NCBI GenBank assembly: GCA_965207375.1
Contig: OZ242274.1
Coordinates: 1,792,001 to 1,856,000 of the forward strand
Direction: 5' to 3'
Source: Nitrosopumilaceae archaeon
GTDB lineage: Archaea; Thermoproteota; Nitrososphaeria; Nitrososphaerales; Nitrosopumilaceae
Length of the DNA: 64,000 bases
In this document: positions 52,140-64,000 of the stretch, in pieces
How the letters are laid out: the number at the start of each line of letters is the position of its first letter
Numbering within the stretch: position 1 is the first letter of the stretch
Program-made: the position numbers and the translations under genes
Notes under the pieces: generated by a model
What the model saw: the letters and a program-made list of their open reading frames with translations, nothing else
Database searches by the model: none
What the model was told of the DNA's origin: nothing

Positions 52140-53507
52140 ATGATGGGACTAACATATCAAAAATCATATACAAGATCAAAATTTAAACTACACGAAAAAT
52201 TTGAGGCTATACGAAACAAGACATCGGTACTGCTTACGCGCAGTACTGACAAAATGACAAGAGTTACTAGATGGATGAGTACACGTGTATCTTGGAGCAA
52301 GGGTGCACAAGGACGCGGAAATCGTGCCTTGAAAATACTAGAAACACAAAATGCAATAAAAAAAGTCAGGCATAACCATTACACAGTACAGTCCCAATCT
52401 AAGGACAACATCAGATATACCGTGATACAGAAAAAAAATTCCTGGTCATGTGACTGTCCAGATCACAAATACAGACAGGCTCAATGCAAGCATATCCTAG
52501 CAGTAATTGCAGATACTGTAGACAGGGATGCAGAGACAATAATTGATGAACAATCCAAAGATGCAGCTAAGCTGCCTTGCCAGGACAAACAGCCCAAAGA
52601 TGCAGATGACAATACTGAGAAAAAAACCACAGAAATAGTTCTAATAGAGATTCCATCACACTGTATGCATTGCGGTGACGAACACATCATAAAATATGGT
52701 CATATACAGCGTAGACATGGCACTACGCAACGATACCAATGCAAAAATTGCAATCGTGTCTTTGGGTACAGGGGCGGCATGGAACACACACGAATAGAAT
52801 CATGGGCGATTCTAGATGCACTTGATGCCTACTATAAGGGACATACACCTAGTGCAATACAAGACACGCTAGCACAAAAGGGAGTGTATGTGTGTGTATC
52901 TACGATATACAGATGGATAATCAAATTTGTAACAATGGTGTATGTATACCTGATGTCACTTTCAATTAATACAGGCAATCGATTCTGTGCAGACGAGGAA
53001 TACATTTCAATAAGAGGTAAACAAAATTATCTTTTTGCAGAGACTGATTATGATACCAGATTTTTACTAGCATGGGAGGTTGCAAACTGCAAGGACGGAC
53101 ACAATGCAGAAAACCTACTCAAAGCTGCAGCAGCCCGTGCCGGAAAGAAACCTACAGAATTTGTAAGCGATGCCCTGCCCTCATATGCACAAGCATTTGA
53201 ATCAGTGTATGCTGCACCAAATGCACTACATCAACATTGCACACACATATCAAATGCAGGAATTTCCAAAAAGAACAACAACAATGTCCAGGAAAGATTC
53301 AACGGGACATTACGTGCTATACAACGACCCAGACGCGGCATTAAAAGTAAAAACTCGCCAATATTTGCAGGATGTGATATTTATTACAATTTCATGCGAC
53401 CTCACTCGAGTCTTGGAGGCAAGACGCCTGCAGAGGCTGCAGGTATAACTATACACGGACAAAAATGGAGGACAGTAATATCAAACGCTGCACTGTACGT
53501 GCAATAA
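52140..53507 (+). CDS. DDE transposase with SWIM zinc finger and zinc ribbon
   Basis: CDCPD...CKHI; CMHC...CKNC; CADEEY, VSDAL, NNVQERFN; YNFMRPHSSL..KTPAE. Confidence 0.92.
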   Translation: MMGLTYQKSYTRSKFKLHEKFEAIRNKTSVLLTRSTDKMTRVTRWMSTRVSWSKGAQGRGNRALKILETQNAIKKVRHNHYTVQSQSKDNIRYTVIQKKNSWSCDCPDHKYRQAQCKHILAVIADTVDRDAETIIDEQSKDAAKLPCQDKQPKDADDNTEKKTTEIVLIEIPSHCMHCGDEHIIKYGHIQRRHGTTQRYQCKNCNRVFGYRGGMEHTRIESWAILDALDAYYKGHTPSAIQDTLAQKGVYVCVSTIYRWIIKFVTMVYVYLMSLSINTGNRFCADEEYISIRGKQNYLFAETDYDTRFLLAWEVANCKDGHNAENLLKAAAARAGKKPTEFVSDALPSYAQAFESVYAAPNALHQHCTHISNAGISKKNNNNVQERFNGTLRAIQRPRRGIKSKNSPIFAGCDIYYNFMRPHSSLGGKTPAEAAGITIHGQKWRTVISNAALYVQ

Positions 53508-53570
53508 ACTCTAATGTCAAAGTTACATGTGTGATGAAACAGTGACAACTCGGAGAAGATTATGTTCTGC

Positions 53571-53659
53571 TAATGTGTGATTGCTTTGATAATGTGTGAT
53601 TGCTTTGATAATGTGTGATTGCTTTGATAATGTGTGATTGCTTTGATAATGTGTGATTG
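53571..53659. repeat. 19-bp tandem repeat TAATGTGTGATTGCTTTGA, about 4.7 copies, inside the IS right end
   Basis: Read directly; no spacers. Confidence 0.95.
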
Positions 53660-54109
53660 ATCTGCTGGTACAGGCAGTAATCTAGGCACGGGCAATTCGG
53701 AGAAAATTTGCATATTGACTTTGACCAACAGATAAAGCAGAAGAATCCTTCTAAAAGTTTCAATGTTTGTTTAGTATAATTTTTGTATTTATGTTTTAAG
53801 AATACGACGATGCTGTCCACTTAGAGAATTTTGACAAAATCGTAGATATTTCTTTGATCCAAATTATATCATTTGCTACACATCCAGTTAACCCACCAGC
53901 AACGCAGAATCTGCTGCAATATCCGGCGGAGGCTTGGGATTGATCTGATATTCGAACAACATTGTAATTTTAAACTCAAGTGTGACAAATGAGATTCTAT
54001 GTTTTTTGTTCTCAAATCCTGTTACGTGACAACCATATCTGTGGAGGCAGAGATGATGTTGATTTTCGCTCCAATCCGTGTAGTACCGAGCCAATCACCT
54101 TTCTTCCTA

Positions 54110-54278
54110 CTTGGTTCTATTTTAATTTTTGAGAGACCTTACGTATGAACGCAAGAACCAAAAAAGCACGGCTCACTTGAAAACCCCAACAGAACAAGCC
54201 ATGATCAAAGTTGATGGTAAGAACAAGTGGATTACACTTTTTCAAAATGCCTCACTTTACAAGGAAAATTCAATCTAG
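54110..54278 (+). pseudogene. C-terminal remnant of a divergent transposase related to 52140
   Basis: FYFNF...RPY...KTPTEQAMIKVDGKNKWITLFQNASLY versus KTPAEAAGITIHGQKWRTVISNAALY. Confidence 0.7.
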
Positions 54279-54306
54279 GCCTCTATAACTTCACAGAACC
54301 ACAATG

Positions 54307-54966
54307 TTATTCAATTAATAGTGACTGCACTAGTTGATCAATGTGACCTGTTTGTCCAAATGAGACATCCCTGAGAATTCCCTTTCTATCTACAACTATA
54401 GTAGAGGGTGTTCCTTGCAGTGAAAACTTTTCAAATGTTTCTGCAGAGTATTGTTTTGATTTCATATAATCTCTGACTTTGTTTATTATTTGATTTTTAT
54501 AATCTTCTGGCTGGGAATCAAATCCGGGGATCTGCCCATGTATAAACTCCAGAATTTTTTCAGGGTTAGGATCACCTTCTATTTTTGTCAGCTTGTCCAT
54601 TGCAACAGGAAACGGTATCTTGTAACGGAGTCTATTAGAATCTAGTTGTCCATGTTGCGTCAATCCACTCAATGTATCGCCAATAACCTCACCGGTCTGG
54701 ACTAATTTCTTTAGATTGTCTAGTGTGTTTTTATCAAAATCTTCAAATGCTGTGGCAATTCCTAACACTCTGACCCCATCATCTTTGTACTTGTTGTATA
54801 TGTTGATCATTTCAGGTATACCATACAGAAAACAGCCAGGACAGTTTACCTGAAATATCTCTGCCACTACAATGTGATCCTCTTCTTGATCAAAGTTTGT
54901 AGGCAGTCCCTGCACCCATTCTGAAACGCCCAAATTTGGAGCCTTTTGGTCAATTACAGCACTCAT
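54307..54966 (-). CDS. Thioredoxin-fold redoxin
   Basis: FQVNCPGC, GTPSTIVVDRKG; start placed at MSAVIDQ. Confidence 0.88.
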   Translation of the reverse strand: MSAVIDQKAPNLGVSEWVQGLPTNFDQEEDHIVVAEIFQVNCPGCFLYGIPEMINIYNKYKDDGVRVLGIATAFEDFDKNTLDNLKKLVQTGEVIGDTLSGLTQHGQLDSNRLRYKIPFPVAMDKLTKIEGDPNPEKILEFIHGQIPGFDSQPEDYKNQIINKVRDYMKSKQYSAETFEKFSLQGTPSTIVVDRKGILRDVSFGQTGHIDQLVQSLLIE

Positions 54967-55317
54967 GAATGATTTTTCAGTTGTTTGTATTAAAAAGATA
55001 ACTGTATTTTTAGATAGATACAAAGTTTTTTACGTTAACTATTGACAAAATTTTCTGGAGAAATTTTTCTATTTCTGTGAAATCAGAAAACTTTGAATTT
55101 AATTCCAAAGATTGGAACTAGCCAAAATATCTCTTGTGTGAAGAGTTGTTTGATGTCTAAATAACACATAATGACTGAATCAGATAGAACATAACACATC
55201 ATGCGTTTTACAGATAAAACAGTTACAAAAATTATATAAAAAATATAGTCGTGTATAGCTTTCGCTAGGGGATTCAAAAATGAATCATCATGCATAGTCT
55301 CTATGTATATGGCTGAA

Positions 55318-58311
<2,994 letters not shown>

Positions 58312-58461
58312 CAAATTCAGCCACATATTACACGACTATGCATGACGATCATTGCAAGGTCTCCTAGGGAGGAGACCCCACTACATCCTTCATACATCAC
58401 TTTGGTGATGCATTGCATTTGATGGTTTGTGAAGATTAATTGTGCATCCGACACAATTTCT

Positions 58462-59933
<1,472 letters not shown>

Positions 59934-60140
59934 CTTAGTCGTTTATGATTATGGTCATACATTATACTTAATGGAATTGAAACGGATGCACTTAATCTTC
60001 ACATTTCAGAACTGATCTCTTGATCAGATCCTCATCTTGTATGCGAAACTGGAGGCTCGTGAATCATAAAATGGTATACTACCATACTTCATCACAAGCG
60101 CCGCTCTTGCGTTTCGTATGCAGAATTTTGAATTGGTCAA

Positions 60141-60160
60141 ATACATATAAACCATCGGAA
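60141..60160 (-). promoter_or_regulatory. Probable TATA box of the rRNA operon
   Basis: TTTATATG on minus strand about 210 nt upstream of 16S; leader 59983-60003 pairs with spacer 58428-58450 (processing stem). Confidence 0.6.
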
Positions 60161-60208
60161 AAATTACCGATCTTCATACAACATGTTGTAAAATTTACTG
60201 AGGAAAAA

Positions 60209-61525
60209 ATGAAAAACAATACCCTAATTACAAAATACAAAAGAAAAACGCCAAAATCGGCAAAACTATTTGCAAAATCGGCAAAATTTCACATCAATGG
60301 AGTGAGTCACAACATACGATTCTTTGATCCCTATCCATTTGTTACAAAAGCAGCAAAAGGCAAATTCCTCATAGATGTTGATGATAACAAGTACACAGAT
60401 TACTGGATGGGTCATTGGAGCTTAATTTTGGGACATGCCTCAGAGACGGTAAAAAAAGGAGTCAAAGATCAGTTGTCAAGAGGATGGATGTATGGTACAG
60501 TCAACGAGCCTACAATCAAACTTTCAGAATTAATTCAAAGCGCAGTTCCTGTTGCAGAAAAAATTCGTTATGTAACATCAGGTACTGAAGCTACAATGTA
60601 TGCAACAAGACTTGCTCGAAGTGTCACGGGAAGAAAAATTATTGCAAAGATTGATGGCGGATGGCATGGATACACATCGGATTTATTAAAAGCTGTAAAC
60701 TGGCCATTTTCAAAATCAGAAAGTAGCGGACTTGTAGATGAGCAGTACATCGTGTCAGTTCCTTACAACAATCTTGTAGAGTCAATCAGTATTTTAAATT
60801 CTATAAAAAAGGATCTAGCAGGAATAATTATAGAGCCAGTATTGGGTGGAGGCGGATGTATTGCTGCCACACAGGATTATCTAAAAGGCATACAAGAGTT
60901 TGTTCACAAAAATAATTCATTGTTTATTTTAGATGAAATTGTAACAGGATTCAGATTTAGATATGGTTGCATGTATCCCACAATGAAGCTAAGTCCAGAC
61001 ATTGTTACATTGGGGAAAATTGTTGGTGGAGGATTTCCAATAGGGGTAATTTGTGGAAACAAAAAAATTATGAGTTATGCAGATACTACTAAATTTGGAA
61101 AGGAGCAAAGATCATATGTTGGAGGCGGTACATTTTCTGCAAATCCTGCGTCAATGACTGCAGGATACAAGACGCTTTTAAAACTTGAAAGGTCAAAGCA
61201 GATTTATTCAAAGATGGACAAAATTGGCCAAAAAGTAAGAACACAAATTGCCAAGGTTTTTGACGGCAAGGTGATCACTACCGGTACAGGTTCACTGTTT
61301 ATGACTCACTTTTCCCAAGATAAAGTAGAGAAAATTACAAATGCAGCAGATGCTGCAAGATGCAATACAAATCTACTGCACCAGTATCATTTCAAAATGA
61401 TTGCAGAGGATGGCATATTCTTTTTGCCAGGCAAACTAGGGGCGATTTCTGTTGCACATGGCCAATCAGATGTGAAAAAAATGATATCTGCCACAGAGGA
61501 TTTTGTGTGCAACAACAAGATTTAG
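60209..61525 (+). CDS. hemL: Glutamate-1-semialdehyde 2,1-aminomutase (class III aminotransferase)
   Basis: [40 protein letters not shown]; start placed at MKNNTL. Confidence 0.88.
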   Translation: MKNNTLITKYKRKTPKSAKLFAKSAKFHINGVSHNIRFFDPYPFVTKAAKGKFLIDVDDNKYTDYWMGHWSLILGHASETVKKGVKDQLSRGWMYGTVNEPTIKLSELIQSAVPVAEKIRYVTSGTEATMYATRLARSVTGRKIIAKIDGGWHGYTSDLLKAVNWPFSKSESSGLVDEQYIVSVPYNNLVESISILNSIKKDLAGIIIEPVLGGGGCIAATQDYLKGIQEFVHKNNSLFILDEIVTGFRFRYGCMYPTMKLSPDIVTLGKIVGGGFPIGVICGNKKIMSYADTTKFGKEQRSYVGGGTFSANPASMTAGYKTLLKLERSKQIYSKMDKIGQKVRTQIAKVFDGKVITTGTGSLFMTHFSQDKVEKITNAADAARCNTNLLHQYHFKMIAEDGIFFLPGKLGAISVAHGQSDVKKMISATEDFVCNNKI

Positions 61526-61550
61526 AAACTATCGAGCATATCACGATACA

Positions 61551-61694
61551 ATGGATGAAAAACCAAAAAGGCCATCAAACACACAAAAAGAGTATAAAGA
61601 GGCACTAGCAAGCGAGGATCCTACCAACATATCACAAAAAGACCTGCAAGGACTAGCTAAAGAGGCTGTAAAAAAATTCAAATCCATGAATTAG
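61551..61694 (+). CDS. Small hypothetical protein (47 aa)
   Basis: Fills the gap between co-oriented hemL and TPR genes. Confidence 0.55.
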   Translation: MDEKPKRPSNTQKEYKEALASEDPTNISQKDLQGLAKEAVKKFKSMN

Positions 61695-61704
61695 GTGCGA
61701 AATT

Positions 61705-62526
61705 ATGGGATTATTTGGAGGAAATGAAAAGCCAGAAGATCTGATGTATCATGCAATGTCACTAGTAGAGAAAAATCAGCCCAAGGGGGCAATAGCACTG
61801 TTTAACAAGGTGCTAAAGCAGGAACCAGAAAATGTATCGGCAATTTACAACAAAGGCCTAGCACTAAATCAAATAAAAAAATACACAGATGCAGTCACCT
61901 GCTTTGACCTCATTTTAGAGCGCAATCCAGAGGATGCAGCAGCCCATAACAACAAGGGCATAGCAATGGCAGAGATGGGCAACATACAGTCGGCAGCACA
62001 GTGCTACGACAGTGCAATAAAGGCTGATCCAAAATATGCGGCTGCTTATTTTAACAAGGGAGTACTGTTTGACAAACTAGGAGAGTACAAAGACGCACTA
62101 GAATGCATGAATCAATCAATTCAACAGGATCCCAGAAAGCCAAATTCGTTGTTTTACAAGGGAATAATTTTGGGAAAGATAAAAAAACACGAAGAGGCAT
62201 TGAATTGTTTTGAAAATGTATGTAGGAAATTTCCCAGACATAGAGATGCAAAATTTCACAAGGCAATAGAGCAGGCAGAGTTAGGAGAGCATAAAAAAGC
62301 AATTCGTATTTTTGATGAAATTCTCAAAGAATACAAAGACAATGTAAATGTCATTTACGCAAAATCTCGCAGTATGGCAGCATTAGATGAAAATACTGCT
62401 GCAATGAACTTGCTAAAGGAGGCAATATCTGCAAATCCAAAAACCATCAGAGCATGGGCAAAGGAGGAAAAGATCTTTGAAAAATATCACACATTTGATC
62501 AGTTTAGGAAAATGGTAAAGATCTAA
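61705..62526 (+). CDS. Tetratricopeptide repeat protein
   Basis: Multiple 34-aa A.YNKG.AL...Y..A..CFD repeats. Confidence 0.93.
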   Translation: MGLFGGNEKPEDLMYHAMSLVEKNQPKGAIALFNKVLKQEPENVSAIYNKGLALNQIKKYTDAVTCFDLILERNPEDAAAHNNKGIAMAEMGNIQSAAQCYDSAIKADPKYAAAYFNKGVLFDKLGEYKDALECMNQSIQQDPRKPNSLFYKGIILGKIKKHEEALNCFENVCRKFPRHRDAKFHKAIEQAELGEHKKAIRIFDEILKEYKDNVNVIYAKSRSMAALDENTAAMNLLKEAISANPKTIRAWAKEEKIFEKYHTFDQFRKMVKI

Positions 62527-63224
62527 AGTATTTTGTTGCGTACAGCATCAATACGCATTGTTGCAGTTTTCTTTTTAGGGCCAAACAAAATCACTTCAAA
62601 AATTGGAATGTAAATTTCAGTAATTTGTAAAATCGTTATGTCCTCTGTAAGATCACGAATCTCATCTTCGAGTTCGGGGGTCAATCTTTGGGTTAATTTT
62701 GAAATAAATTCAGCAGTAGAACACATAGGGGCAATTATAGTCAATTTGTTTTTTTCCAATATTTTACGAGGATAGTTTTCTATGGTTTTTGAATTTATTT
62801 TAAATGGAAATTTGATTTCTTTGCCGCCGGAATCAAAATAAAATTCCCCTTCGGATTCGATAAAGGCGTGTTCCTCTAGTGGCAGATCAACTAGGTTTTT
62901 GCCTAGTTTGCCAGATATTTTTCGCTTAAAGTGAGATTTTGAGCGTACGGGAAAAAGGCCATCTCCAAAAACTATCTCACTAACATTTTGAGAAACAGAT
63001 ACAGTATGTATGGCTTTACGGTAATAATCTGACTTGTACTTGCCAGAAATCATTGTTACGCATTCATAGTTTAAAACCACAGATTCGACATGTACGTCTT
63101 TGCGCTTTGGTTTACGAAGCATGGAACGAAAATTATCGATCTTTTTCTTTTCGACTAGAACAGAAACATCTTCATCTGTCATGGTTTTTTTTAAAACTAT
63201 TGTTTGTGTCCTGTATTTTTTCAT
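62523..63224 (-). CDS. Hypothetical protein (233 aa)
   Basis: Long clean ORF convergent on the TPR gene. Confidence 0.8.
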   Translation of the reverse strand: MKKYRTQTIVLKKTMTDEDVSVLVEKKKIDNFRSMLRKPKRKDVHVESVVLNYECVTMISGKYKSDYYRKAIHTVSVSQNVSEIVFGDGLFPVRSKSHFKRKISGKLGKNLVDLPLEEHAFIESEGEFYFDSGGKEIKFPFKINSKTIENYPRKILEKNKLTIIAPMCSTAEFISKLTQRLTPELEDEIRDLTEDITILQITEIYIPIFEVILFGPKKKTATMRIDAVRNKIL

Positions 63225-63294
63225 GTATAAAATATAAAATTCTATCTTTTAAGTCATAGCTAAGTATATCATAGACAAAGATGTACAGAGTACC

Positions 63295-63747
63295 GTGAAG
63301 GTTAATCTATACACCAAAGGCAATCAGAAAAAGATCAATCCAAATTGGTTTACAGAAAAAACACACATGAAAGAAATTGGAGATTTGTTAAAGGTCTCAG
63401 AGCAAAAAATGTATCATGTATATTTTGAAAATGGTTCAAAAACCAAACTGCACCAGCACAACGGCAACCAAATTCTCATAGTTACAGGTGGAAAAGGCAG
63501 ACTAGAGACATTTAAAAAAATCGGAATACAAGCAAACAACTTTGTGATAAAAAAGATAGAGCAAACCTCATTGAAAAAAGGTGATGTCGTGTATATCCAG
63601 GCAAAAACACTGCACACTCACGGTTCGACTAACAGAAATACGTTTTCTCATATTGCAATAAACATATTGCCAAGAAAAAACGCAGAATACAAAACCACAT
63701 GGTATGAATCTAATTTCAAGGATGTAGTTTCTAAAATTATAAAATAA
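63295..63747 (+). CDS. Cupin domain protein
   Basis: LHQHNGNQILIVTGGKG and GDVVYIQAKTLHTHG. Confidence 0.9.
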   Translation: MKVNLYTKGNQKKINPNWFTEKTHMKEIGDLLKVSEQKMYHVYFENGSKTKLHQHNGNQILIVTGGKGRLETFKKIGIQANNFVIKKIEQTSLKKGDVVYIQAKTLHTHGSTNRNTFSHIAINILPRKNAEYKTTWYESNFKDVVSKIIK

Positions 63748-64000
63748 ATATGCATGAGTGTTTTTAATTATTTTTGTATAAAGGCATAGCCACATATTGT
63801 GTTAAAAAAATTCAGACAAGTTTTAGATACAGACTAAAGTTTACAGCAGATGACTCTACACAATTAAAACATTGATTCGACTAGCCATTATCTCAAATGT
63901 GTCTTAGATTCTGCTAATTTTGACTGAGGCCAACTAATCTTAATCGGTTAAGAAATATCATTGCTTCAAATATCATCAAAAATAGATTCATCTAATATCG

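Larger units (their letters stand above)
51945..53747 (+). mobile_element. 1803-bp IS (IS6/IS240-like DDE domain with N-terminal SWIM finger) with long inverted repeats
   Basis: 65-bp repeats starting GATTCT (57/65 match by hand); duplication CTTCTAAA at 51937-51944 and 53748-53755. Confidence 0.93.
49976..53763 (-). pseudogene. OLD-family ABC-ATPase/TOPRIM nuclease interrupted by an IS after its first codons
   Basis: Reconstructed MKLLE|ATLYNYKSI...LVGITGSGKTSIL; SEG, LLLDSP, YTTH; TOPRIM FEGPSD and VVDG. Confidence 0.9.

Noticed and set aside
53571-53659. Possible CRISPR array
   Set aside because: Head-to-tail 19-bp units with no spacers, inside an IS; no cas genes seen
53560-53820. 86-aa ORF
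   Set aside because: Chimera of the OLD gene 5' end reading into the IS right end and minisatellite
58312-58461. tRNA in the 16S-23S spacer
   Set aside because: No cloverleaf or T-loop; only processing-stem sequences
60020-60208. N-terminal extension of HemL (likewise fumC 43148-43243 and 45823-45936)
   Set aside because: Longest-ORF artefacts overlapping promoter or leader regions

Overview
AT-rich chromosomal segment of an ammonia-oxidising archaeon (Nitrosopumilaceae, Nitrososphaerota). The assignment rests on the 16S-23S operon with no spacer tRNA, an AOA-type nirK, archaeal EF-2, L15e/L31e/L39e, purP and mqnD. A host-associated (e.g. sponge) lifestyle is inferred, not shown, from a large FG-GAP adhesin, a Kazal-domain surface protein, IS/MITE proliferation and many pseudogenes. 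Core genes are interspersed with small decaying accessory islands. Main observations: (1) a polyhydroxyalkanoate locus (hydrolase, AbrB-type phaR-like, phasin-like, converging on phaE-phaC) split by nested mobile elements; (2) two intact 1528-bp single-ORF IS66 copies and two unrelated families of 101-bp MITEs with 8-bp target duplications; (3) a 1803-bp SWIM-zinc-finger DDE element with 65-bp inverted repeats that disrupts an OLD-family ATPase-TOPRIM gene; (4) a remnant island with a cysteine desulfurase fragment coupled to an IS-disrupted gene with a SAM-lyase-like motif; (5) a G11 tract beside the adhesin start; (6) a compensatory 16S helix-1 change that mismatches primer Arch21F. All calls come from reading the sequence by eye; no database searches were run.
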